NCBI RefSeq assembly: GCF_018350175.1
Contig: NC_058368.1
Coordinates: forward strand, 97,280,001 to 97,344,000
Length of the DNA stretch: 64,000 nt
Direction: 5' to 3'
DNA from: Felis catus
Lineage: Eukaryota
The notes beneath the pieces were generated by a model, which was not told the origin of the DNA, searched no databases, and saw only the letters and a list, made by a program, of their open reading frames with translations. Position 1 is the stretch's first letter, and every line of letters starts with the position of its first letter. Positions 53,267 through 64,000 of this stretch are shown piece by piece. A program made the translations under genes and the position numbers.

Positions 53267-53346
<80 letters not shown>
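53267..53346. repeat. (AT)23 fused to T35
   Basis: Read directly. Confidence 0.97.
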
Positions 53347-53349
<3 letters not shown>

Positions 53350-53456
53350 TCTGCCAATGTACCATGTTCTGGGTCTGAAGGATAAGGTAAAGGAAATCAT
53401 TTTTAAAGCTCTGTGTAGCTAAGAGTTATGCTAAAGTGCCCTAAAAAGTAATTTAC

Positions 53457-53551
53457 CTTTCTTCACTGAAGCGACGACCAATCTTGACTTTACACTTGTC
53501 CTGGGGGAGGCATGCTGCTAAAAGGGGAACTGTCCGCAACACTTTGTTTTC
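53457..53551 (-). CDS. DTWD2: DTWD2 internal coding exon (probably exon 3), 95 nt
   Basis: ttttttaattaaag|GAA AAC AAA...GAA GAA AG|gtaaat. Encodes [31 protein letters not shown](R), in frame with both neighbouring exons. Confidence 0.96.
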
Positions 53552-53939
53552 CTTTAATTAAAAAATTAATCAAAACATAGATTTGCATGTAGACAAACAC
53601 ACTTTTAAAACTTTCATGATGAACATCTGATTCATTACGTGATAGATAACTTTCACAAGACTTGTATTACAGACCACAGCTGAATAAAAAGAGCTAGTTT
53701 CTCTGAGTTATCAGTATTAATAGAATACAAGTGCACATTTTCCTCTACTTGAGTGTGTTTCGAGGTTTACTAATCAAATAAGATAACATTAAGCTAACTA
53801 TTGGTTAAGATTATGAAAAACGAAATTTGTGTTTAACTAAATTGAATAATTTATTCTACATTTCAGTAGTAATTATATTTTATAGTACGTCAACTTGAAG
53901 ATAACTGCCTAAATCTTTATATCCAGAAAAAAAGTGCTG

Positions 53940-54280
53940 AAAAAAAAAAAATAATGGGTCATATCAAAGGGACACAGAAACCAATCTTAATTTAAAGAGC
54001 TCTCAATGACCAAAATGGAACAATGTGAGTAACAAAGTAAGTAGCAAACTATTTGGATTATGACCCAAAATGCAAAATAAATAAATAGGAGAGACAAATC
54101 TTCCTTACAGAAGAATTCCAAGTAATAAACATAAGTACTCCATAATACAGCAGGTGGAGCTTGCTTAATCTCTCCTACCCACCTGAATGCAGACTGGATT
54201 TGTGGCCTACTTCCAAATAATAAAGGGTATAGAAAGAGGAAAAATATAAAAACTTTAGAGTGGGGAAATATGGTGACCAT
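53940..54280 (+). mobile_element. L1MC/MD 3' UTR fragment
   Basis: acaaatcttccttacagaagaattccaagtaataa...aggtggagcttg. Confidence 0.55.
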
Positions 54281-54378
54281 TCCTATAAACTCCATTAACT
54301 ATCATCCGTGATTTTTTTTCCAATGTCCTAGCTTCTAGCACTAAAAACCACCTTTTTGTCCCAAGAATCTTATCCTTT

Positions 54379-54541
54379 AGGGCATGTGGGTGGCTCAGTC
54401 ATTTGAGCATCTGACAATGGGTCAGGTCATGATCTCACAGTTCACAAGTTCGAGTCCCACACAGGGCTGACCGCTGTCAGGACAGAACCCACTTCGGACC
54501 CTCTGTCCCCCTCTCTCTCCAACCCTCCACTGATTGAGCTT

Positions 54542-54572
<31 letters not shown>

Positions 54573-54604
54573 TTCTCAAAAATAATAAATAACATTTAAG
54601 AAAA
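54379..54604 (+). mobile_element. CAN-SINE
   Basis: Degenerate TSD aagaatcttatccttta / aagaatcctctccttta. Confidence 0.88.
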
Positions 54605-55589
54605 AAGAATCCTCTCCTTTATCCTAGTATACCCAACTGATTCACTATTTTGCCTGAGCCTCCTTCCTCTGGTTATTTTGGTCTACAGTGGTCAGTCACT
54701 GTCTGGCTCTTCTCCACCAGCCCAACTAGGAATGCCAAGCCTGATCAAGTAAGTGATGGAGTCCCTCTCTAACCAGTTCACCTACATACAGCCCCTGTTA
54801 CCTTTATCAATTTATGTAACACTGCTTCATATATCCTCAAAGTAAATTATTTCACCATGATAGCACAATACACACAGCATATTAATACACAAAACAGTAA
54901 TGTTATACAGAATTTACTAAAGTAATTAAAAATAACTTTGTAATTACATTACATATGTTGGTAACAAAAACAAAAAGTATGGCTAGTAACAGTATTCATC
55001 AACCACTCACACACACATACACCCTTCAGGGACATTTTTGTGTCAACCTCTTTGCCCCTAAGTCTCTGAAGTGTTGATTACAATAATACAAAAAGGTAAA
55101 TCTAGAGACGCTGAGGACAGTTAAATTCATCAACCTAAAAGTTGGCAAACGAAATAGGAGAGTCAGAATTTGCTGGGACTATAACTAAAAAGAAAATGCA
55201 GCAAGCCAGAGCTGTGAGGGAGCCTGAAACTAATGTGGAGTAGCTCCTACGAGAAAAGGGACAGGAGGAGGGGGGAGGAGAGGTTTAGGACATTTTCCAG
55301 CGTGTCCTACTGTCTTCTTCCCTCCTTACAACCTCTGAGACTATGATACATTCTTAAACCACTCTCCGAACTTCTATCAACATACAGATAAATGTCAAAT
55401 TAAATAGTGCCAAAAGATCTATAATGTTCCCAGATACACTCCCCAATACCACTTCCCAGAAGCAATCACTTTAACTCTTTCAGCTATTTCCTTTGGTAGT
55501 TATCTCCATATTTCTATATAATGTGTCTTACTAATTTTTGATTTATCAAATTTAAATACTATCTACAAACTACCATTTATTATCATAAT

Positions 55590-55810
55590 AGCTGACTTCA
55601 ATGTACATAATAATACACTGACTGATTCATGTAATACTCACAATAAACCAATAAAGAAGTACACCTTTTATCATGTCCATTTTACTAATGATGAAACGAA
55701 AGCACAGAGAGGTTAATTAACTTGCCCAGGGTTGCAATTTACAGAGCTATTAAGGCTTTAAACTCAAGCAATCTGGCTCCTGAGCCCTTCCTCTTAATTA
55801 ATGCACTGTG
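55590..55810 (-). mobile_element. MIR
   Basis: ccattttactaatgatgaaacgaaagcacagagaggttaattaacttgcccagggt. Confidence 0.75.
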
Positions 55811-56968
55811 TCACAACAGCCCCTTAGAATAAATGAGGATTTACCTTTCTTCCATCACTCCTTACTCTCATATCATCTAATATTTTTAGTTAAATCAATC
55901 AACAGTGCTTACATCACTATGGTTACATATACACTGTTCACAAAAGGTCATGTGGTCTCACAGAACATGTCCTCCTTGTAAATATTTTTGTTATTTTGAA
56001 GGGTTTTATTTTATCCTTAAGTAGTTTTCTACATACATATATCTACTCTTTGAAATGCTCCGTCATATCACCTCCATATCATCCGCTCCACCAAATCTTT
56101 TTTTTCCACAGCCCCCCTCCTAAAGCCTACCCAAGTGGTCTTGATCACTTTTAATTTTGAATACATTTTTATTTTTTTAAAAAAAGTGTGCTGACATTAA
56201 GCACAAGGCAACCCAGTATTATTGAGTTAGATTAAAACTAGAAAGCTCCTTGGATGATAAGGAAAACAATATGGATGTACTTGCATAGAACTGTACAAAA
56301 CACACATAACTGTAGATGGATCACCTACACCATGAACTAACCATGAAAGAAAGAAGGGAAGGAAGCAAAAAAGGTGAGGAAGAATGAATAAATGAAGGAA
56401 TAAAGGAATGAATAAAATATTTGAAAGCATTTAAATTGCCACAACTCAATGAAAACACCTACTTTTCTGAACTTTCACTTATTTTAATTTATTATTGAAG
56501 CATAGTTGACACACAATGTTATATTAGTTTCAGGTATACAATACAGCGACTTGACAACTCTATACATTACACAATGCTCACCACAATAGATGTAGTTACC
56601 ATCTATCACTGCACATTATTACAATATTAGTAACTATATTCCCTATGCTGAAATTTTCATTTCCATGATTATTTACTTTATAACTGGAAATGTGTACCTC
56701 TTAATGCCCTTTACCGATTTCACCCATCCCCCTACAACCCTCTCCTCTGGCAACCACCAGTTTGTTCTCTGTATTTATGAGTCTGTTTGTGTTCTTTATT
56801 TGTTCATTTGTTTTGTTTTTTAGATTCCATGTGTAAGTGAAATCATATGGTATTTGTCTTTCTCTGTCGGACTTATTACACTTAGCATAATATACTCTCC
56901 ATGTCTACCCACGTTGTCACACAAACGGCAAGACCTCATCCTTATTTTACAGGTGAATCATATTCCAT

Positions 56969-56990
56969 TGTGTGTAAGTGTGTGTGTGTG

Positions 56991-57026
<36 letters not shown>
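56969..57026. repeat. (TG)n microsatellite
   Basis: Read directly. Confidence 0.95.
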
Positions 57027-57029
<3 letters not shown>

Positions 57030-57212
57030 TACACCACCTCTTCTTTATCCACTCATCTACTGATGGACACTTAGGTTGCCTCCATATCTTGGCTATTGTA
57101 AATAATGCTCCAATAAACATAGAGGTGCATATATCTACTCAAATTAGTGTTTTCATTTTCTGTGGGTAAATACTCACAGATGGAATTATTGGTCACATGG
57201 TATTTCTATTTT

Positions 57213-57428
57213 AATTTTTTTAATGTTTATTTATTTTTGAGAATGAGACAGAGACAGTGCACACAAGATGGGCAGGGACAAGGAGAGAGGGAGAGAGAAA
57301 ATCCCAAGCAGGCTCCGTGCTGTCAGCATAGAGCCCAATGTGGGGTTCAATCCCACAAACCATGAGATCATGACTTGAGCTGAGATCAAGAGTCAACCAC
57401 TTAACCGACTGAGCCACCCAGATGCCCC
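57213..57428 (-). mobile_element. CAN-SINE nested in L1
   Basis: TSD tctatt(c)ttaattttt. Confidence 0.9.
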
Positions 57429-58419
57429 TCTATTCTTAATTTTTTGATGAACCTCCATACTTTTCATACTGGATGTACCAATTTACATTCCCACCAAAAG
57501 TGCACAAGGCATCCTTTTTCTTCATATTCTCAACATGTTATTTCTTGTCTTCTTGATACCAGTCATTCTGACAGGTGTATAGGGTAATATCTCATTGTGG
57601 TTTTGCTCTGCATCTCCCTGATAAGTGATGTTGAGCATCTTTTTGTGTATCTGTTGGACATCTGTATTTCTTTCTTGGAGAAATGTCTATTCAGGTTCTA
57701 TACCCATTTTTAATTGGATTATTTGTTTTTGGATGTTGAGTTGAATAAATTCTCTATGTATTTTGGATATTAACCCTTTATCAGATTTATCATTTTCAAA
57801 CACCTTCCCATATTCATTTTGTTTATTGGTTCCTTCACTGCGCAGAAACCTTTAATTTTGGTGCATTACCAGCACCATTTTTTACACTGTATTTTTTATT
57901 TTGTTTCCCTTGCTTGAGGAGACATATCCATAAAAATGCTGTTAAGGCCAACGTCCAAGACTTTACTGTCAATGTGTTCTTTCTGGAGTTTCATGGTTTC
58001 AGGTCTCACATTTAGGACTTTAAACCATTTGGGGTTTATTTCTGTGTATGGTATAAGAAAGTGGTCCAATTTCACTGTTTTGAATGTAGCTGTCCAGTTT
58101 TTCTAACACCATTTGTAGAAGAAACTATCTTTTCCCCATTGCATATTCTTGCCTCATTTGTTTGTAGATTAACTGACCATGGAAGTGTGGGTTTCCTTCT
58201 GGGCTCTCTTTCCTGTTCTATTGATATATGTGTCTCTTTTTGTGCTAGTACCACACTATTTTGATTTCTATAGCTTCGGAGTATATCTTAAAATGTGGGA
58301 TTGTAATACCTCCACCTTTGTTCTTCTATCTCAAAATTGCTTTAGCTATTTGGGGCAGTTTGTGGTGATATGCAAATGTTAGGATTATTTGCTCTGGTTC
58401 TGTGAAAATGCTATTGGTA

Positions 58420-58689
58420 TTTTATTTTATTTATTTTACTTTACTTTACTTTACTTTACTTTACTTTACTTTACTTTACTTTACTTTACTTTACTTTACT
58501 TTAGAGAGAGAGAGAGAATGTGAACAAGAGCAGGGGAGGGGCAGAGGGAGAGGGAGAGAGAGAATCTTAAACAGCCTCCACACCCAGCACAGAGCCTGAT
58601 GCAAGGCTCAATCTCACCACTGTGAGATCATAAGCTGAACCAAAATCAAGAGTCAGACACTTAACCAACTGAGCCACCCAGGTACCCCT
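58420..58689 (-). mobile_element. CAN-SINE nested in L1, tail converted to (TTTAC)n
   Basis: TSD ta(t/c)tggtatttta; pentamer array at 58435-58503. Confidence 0.9.
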
Positions 58690-59353
58690 ACTGGTATTTT
58701 AAAAGGTATTGCGCTGAATCAGTAGAATGCTATGGGCATTACAGACATTTTAAAAATGTTAATTCTTCCAATCCATGAGCATGATATACCTTTCATTTGT
58801 TTGTGTCCTCATCAATTTCATTCACCAACATCTTAATAGTTTTCATGCTAAAGGTCTTTCACCTCCTTGGTTAAATTTGTTGCTAGGTATTCTATTCTTT
58901 TTGGTACAATTATAATTGAAATTGATTTCTTTGTTTATCTTTCTGATACTTCATTGTTAATGTATAGAAACATAACAGATTTCTATATACTAGCGTATCA
59001 TGCAACTTTACTGAATTCATTTATTAGTTCTTGTAATTTTTTGGTGGAGTCTTTAGGGTTTTCTGTAGTACAATGTAATCTCAAATAATGACAGTTTCAC
59101 TTCTTTCTTACCAATGTGGAAGGCTTTGAAAACATTAAAATTGCCACACATCAATGAAAACACCTATATTTTAAATGCCATATTATGTCCGGAACCACAA
59201 AATAATGAAACGACATGATACTACATACACTGCAAAATGAAAAAAGCATTCACTATCAAAAGTGAAGTTTTATCCAAAACCATTACTGCTGATAAACTCA
59301 TTTTTGTTATAAATTTGAGTTGCAGAGTGTTGCAAGTTTAAATGCAGCAAAAT

Positions 59354-59527
59354 GGGGCACCTTGTTCAGTCAGTGAAGTGTCCAACTCTTGATTCCAGAT
59401 CAGGTCCTGATCTCACAGTTCGTGAAATCAAGCCCCACAGCAGGCTCTATAGTGATAGCTCAAAGCCTGCCTCGGATTCTCTCTCTCTCAAAATAAAAAA
59501 TAAAACCTTTTTATAAAAATAAAAAAA
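59354..59527 (+). mobile_element. CAN-SINE, degenerate
   Basis: ggggcacc...actcttgattccagatcagg...A tail. Confidence 0.82.
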
Positions 59528-60482
59528 TGAATAATTACAGCATAAATAATTATGGTGACCAAACTGTTCAAATCCTAACAAAAGCATGTTGTTAACACTG
59601 ACAAAAGGGCTGCTCAATAAATGGAATATTTAATAATTTACAATAAAAGAATAAGTGTTTTCATCATTTGGAAAAGGAAAAAGACTGATATCTTTAAAGA
59701 CTTTGTTAAAGATTTAAAATAGCATATACTTCAAAAATTTAAGGGAAAAAAATCCCTTCTTCAAAAGCCTAATTCAATAGATGATATCCTGAGTTCCCAA
59801 ATGTTAGAAGAATTTTAACTTCAGTCAATCTAAACCCATTTTGTACCATGCATCAACTAATTTCATAATGATTCTCTTTTATGGTTATCAATCAAATCCT
59901 TCCCTCCATTCTTCATTACTGTAGCTAATCAAGAGTTACAAACACCAGCATGTGCATAATTCTCACATATATAAGAAAATATTAATTAAAAAGTCTTTAT
60001 ATACAACACATATGCTATAATATATACATATTTGTTCTATTCATTTAAAGAAATAAAACTTTATATATTCATTTTCTAACACTAAAATGCTGACATTATT
60101 TCTACTTATCAAGAAACATTAAGAAATATAAACTATGATCAAAATTTAAAAAGCAACAAGTTTCTTAGTTCTTCAATCACAAAAATCTCATTTTTTCTTC
60201 ATGCAAAATGGTTGGGGTTCTCAATTTCTATACTCTTCAATTACAGTTTTTTGTGAAACAATACTGTTTTATGAAATAACCATTTTTATCTGTCTCTAAA
60301 GCATATGACACTATACTATGATATAACATACAAAAGAAACTATTTTTTCCCAAAGACAAAGCATTTATCATCAATTTATTTCAGAAATGTTAAAGAGCTG
60401 GGAGGTATAAGGATATTCATTGGTGTGTTTTCTCTTATGTACTAATATTCTATTTGCAATTATGTATTTTATAAAATCTTAC

Positions 60483-60573
60483 CTCTGCTGGATGTTGAAT
60501 TATGTACAAATGAGTAGAGATATGCAGAGGATGCAATGGTAGAAATGGACACAAACATACTTTCTGAGGCCGG
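60483..60573 (-). CDS. DTWD2: DTWD2 internal coding exon (probably exon 2), 91 nt
   Basis: Minus strand ctgccctttag|C CGG CCT...GCA GAG|gtaag. Encodes (S)[30 protein letters not shown], which matches the recalled mammalian DTWD2 sequence. Phase 2 to phase 0. Confidence 0.96.
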
Positions 60574-62692
60574 CTAAAGGGCAGAAAGAAAAAGGAAACC
60601 TGTAAATGCTTAAAATACAATGAAAGAACAATAACCCAAAACCTGAACATAATCCCTCTTCTCTATGTAAAGACATTTGCCAAAGCTGCATTCTTTTAAA
60701 ATGAAACACCAAGAGTGATTCAATCAATTAGACTTTAGATATGAGCATTTGGAAAAAGATTCAAGTAAATTCTTTACCATCTATATAGATCAAAGTAACT
60801 CAAAAAAATCTGGCCTGAGTTATTAGTGAAGAATACTCATAAGCCATCAACATGGTCTTTCTATTCCTGAGGCAACACTTCTAACTTGCATTCCAAATCA
60901 AGAAAAGATCTGATGTCAAAGAGAAATTCGGCAACTCTTCTAAATCATCTGATATTGGAGGGAACAATATGATGATAAAATATAGGAATACACTTACCAC
61001 CTAGAAAAGAGTTCTAATCAAACTTGCCATCAATCGACACAAAGAGCTTACCAACTGTAAGAAGAAACCCAAATGGGCCACCAGATTACATTTAGCTAGA
61101 ATTATATCCACAGAATGTCTGCCTTATCCATTTATTTTCCCTTTTGTTATTGTTTGTCATTTTTGTTTTACTTACCTCTTAGTGATGTACTATTGTTTTA
61201 GTAACACTTATACTCATTACAAAATTCAAATGGGATAAAAGTATACATTTCCATCTCAGTCCTCCAACCTAGGGGATCAGTTTCTTGTGTGTCCTTCCAA
61301 ATGTATTATAGGAATATACATGGATCTTTTACCATTAAAACCTATATTTGATGTGTGTGTTTACAATATAAAATTCATCAAACAGCCAGATAGAGTATAT
61401 CATGGGAGTACATTTTCATGACAGGTCACTCTTACAGGCAAATGTTACATGCCATTACAACAGTACACAGTGAATCTTAAAAGAAATTCCCAACAGCATA
61501 CTATTACTACTACAAAACTGTTATCAATTCCTTCTTCAGTTTAACTTACGTAGAGTTATAGCCTGAAGAAATGATTACATTAATAAACCACAGAGTGTGA
61601 GTAAATTGGTTCAATTAAATCTACCACCTCATTCTGTAAGAAAGTGTCAAACCTATGCTCCTGCTGAAGAAATTATCTAGATGATATCTTAAATGGAGAA
61701 ACATATTGCACAACATGACCACACCTCCCCTCTCCACCAAGGAACCTAGAATGGATGGTCAATCCAAGGAAAACCATCATAATCCACTTTCCAGTGATAG
61801 CTGACATGATTCAGTATGATTACTCTGCCCTACAATGGATTCCCTGTTAAGAATGGGAGCAGAGTTATAGGGATGGAGAGCATCTTTCAGTGGTCATAAG
61901 AAGAGTAAACACGAGTAAATACAGAGAGGAGCAAAGATGGTTGACAGAACTAGGTATATTGACAAAGAGGTCAAAGGCTGCAATTAGAAAAGACTCCTCA
62001 CTGAGCAGAAAGATGAAGAGGATGAAATACATCCAAATTCTAAAATTTTAAGTTGCTGCCTTTTTATATGAAACTCTACATAACTAAAATGCACAATCCG
62101 ATGTCACTAAAATTCTTTTGTAAAATGTAATTTAATATCAAATGGAGGCAATTTAAAAATTCAGAATTTAAATGGATATCACCTTAAATACCTGTTAAGC
62201 TGTTTGACACTTAGACTATGAGAGAATGCAAAAAAAAAAAAAAAAAATCAAATATCCTATATAGGAAACATTCACTTATCAGTAAACTCAAAAAATTGAA
62301 AAATCCAGTCAAGTAAACAACCTGGGTAGAAGCTATAGATTTCTGTGGGCATTACAACACTAGGTAAAATAAACCCTGAAAATAACATCTTTAGCTTATC
62401 ACACATATAGTGATTATAAAAGTCCTCAGTATGACACTTGAGACACTGCAGAGAACTGCTCTGCTTTTCATGTCTGACCAAAACCTTTGTTCATAAAAGA
62501 AAAAGAAAAAAAAATTCAGTTACTTGAAATGGTAGTTTCCTTCCTAGGAACACATCTTTGAACTTTAGGAGGATTTAGAATTAAGTAGTTTGGAGAGTTC
62601 CACTTCCAGGAGGACAGGAAAAGCTGTTTCACAGACCAAAAGTCCAGTGAAATAAGCAAAGCTGACCAAAACTATTTTAAAAAACAATCACT

Positions 62693-62900
62693 GGGGCACC
62701 TGGGTGGCTCAGTCGGTTAAGCGTCCGACTTCAGCTCAGGTCACGATCTCACGGTCCGTGAGTTCGAGCCCCGCGTCAGGCTCTGGGCTGATGGCTCAGA
62801 GCCTGGAGCCTGCTTCTGATTCTGTGTCTCCCTCTCTCTCTGCCCCTCCCCCGTTCATGCTCTGTCTCTCTCTGTCTCAAAAATAAATAAACGTTAAAAA
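62693..62900 (+). mobile_element. Young CAN-SINE (SINEC_Fc)
   Basis: TSD aaaaaa(c/a)aatcact. Confidence 0.94.
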
Positions 62901-62913
62901 AAAAAAATCACTG

Positions 62914-63491
62914 AAAAATAGAAATACCCTATAACCCAGCATACTGGGTATTTATCCAAAGAATACAAAACACTAATTCAAAGGAACACATATACTATGT
63001 TCATAGAAGAATTATTTACAGTAGCCAACATATGGACACAACCCAAGTGTCCATCAAATGATGGAAGGTGTGGGGTGTGTATATCCATACATATAGTGAA
63101 ACATTATTCAGCCATAAAAAAGAATTAAATGTTGCCATTTGCAACAACATGGATGGAGCTAAAGAATAAAACGCTAAGCAAAATAAGTCAGTCAGGAAAG
63201 ACAAATGCCGTATGATTTCACTCATACGGGGAATTTAAGAAACAAACAGGCAAAGGGGAAAAAAAGGAGTAAGAGACAAAGTAAAAAACAGACTCTTAAC
63301 TATAGAGAACTGACGGTTACCAGAGGGGAGATGGGTGGAGGGATGGTTGAAATAGATGATGGGGATTAAGGAGAGCACTTGTCGTGATGAGCATTGGGTC
63401 ATGCATGGATGTTTGGATCACCTTATCGTACACCTGAAACTAATATAACACTATGCTAACTTAAGTGGAATTAAAATATAAAGTTAAGAAC
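62914..63491 (+). mobile_element. 5'-truncated carnivore L1 3' end
   Basis: aaatagaaataccctataacccagca...tacacctgaaactaatataacact; TSD aaaaaacaatcactg at 62679-62693 and 63492-63506. Confidence 0.9.
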
Positions 63492-63694
63492 AAAAAACAA
63501 TCACTGTAAGTCCCTTGCAATTTTCTAGGGCATATTCAAACAAAGAAACATTACTCCAGAAAATCTACTAAAACTTGGTATTGGGACCATTTGTGGCATC
63601 TGAGCCATAACCAATTTCCTACCCTGCCCCAGGTCAAGCTGACAAACTCCACTCCATGTAGGTGTGACCAAGAGAACCAACCTCCCTCTCAGTT

Positions 63695-63883
63695 CTTTTT
63701 TTTTTTTTTAATATTTATTTATTTTTGAGAGAGAGGGAGACATAGACTCCAAAGCAGGCTCCAGGCTCTGAGCTGTCAGCACAGAGCCCAACGTGGGGCT
63801 TGAACTTATGAACCGTGAGATCATGACCCGAGCCAAGGTGGGACACTTAGGACGCTTAACTGGTTGAGCCACCCAGGCGCCCC
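63695..63883 (-). mobile_element. CAN-SINE
   Basis: Near-perfect TSD ctccctc(t/c)cagttctt. Confidence 0.92.
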
Positions 63884-64000
63884 ACTCCCTCCCAGTTCTT
63901 AATCAAGGCTTATCCCTTATGTCACAAACAAGGCAGGCCACCAGCATTTCTCACCCCCTCCACTCCAAGCAGGCTAAATTCCTGGCAAGTGTGGTCAAGA

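Larger units (their letters stand above)
56470..59124 (-). mobile_element. L1 (L1MA9/carnivore-type) 3' region, about 2.6 kb including two nested SINEs and (TG)n; same orientation as DTWD2
   Basis: Typical antisense L1 text from catagttgacacacaatgttatattagtttcagg to gacagtttcacttctttcttaccaat; 42-bp flanking direct repeat. Confidence 0.92.

Noticed and set aside
60574..60601. Alternative acceptor (ttacag) 26 nt upstream of exon 2
   Set aside because: It would shift the frame, and the pyrimidine tract lies downstream of it, favouring the AG at 60574-60575.
60450..60650. 66-aa ORF as a standalone gene
   Set aside because: Only 60483-60573 is coding (DTWD2 exon); the rest is intron read-through.
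797..62886. Many ORFs of the MAQSVK...SLEPASDSVS or ERERE type
   Set aside because: Translations of CAN-SINEs in either orientation.
1..64000. CRISPR-like arrays, operons or foreign inserted DNA
   Set aside because: Recurrent sequences are dispersed SINE and L1 copies with TSDs; no regularly spaced repeat-spacer array, long ORF or compositional island was seen.

Overview
Mammalian DNA from a carnivore, almost certainly a felid, judged from about 46 CAN-SINEs of the SINEC_Fc type and Felidae-type L1 3' ends. The window lies inside DTWD2 (DTW-domain tRNA-uridine aminocarboxypropyltransferase 2) on the minus strand. Three internal coding exons are present, all with AG/GT boundaries: 60483-60573 (91 nt), 53457-53551 (95 nt) and 51045-51237 (193 nt). 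They splice into one frame reading ...RPQKVCLC...[12 protein letters not shown]...LPKQ. Bases 1-51044 are one long intron; the first and last exons are outside the window. The rest is repeat-rich intron: SINEs, L1 fragments of several ages, L2, MIR, MaLR LTRs, MER82, MER5A, a Charlie/hAT fossil and microsatellites. Nearly all entries in the ORF track are repeat-derived noise. I found no clearly novel biological system. The best leads are a pair of YAG-NNG-GTAAG micro-exon-like motifs upstream of exon 2, inverted young SINEs bracketing exons 2-4, a 42-bp duplication flanking an L1, and repeated loss of the G-rich tract from L1 3' UTRs. Repeat family names and exon numbers come from recalled consensus and ortholog sequences, not database searches. 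Repeat boundaries are approximate.
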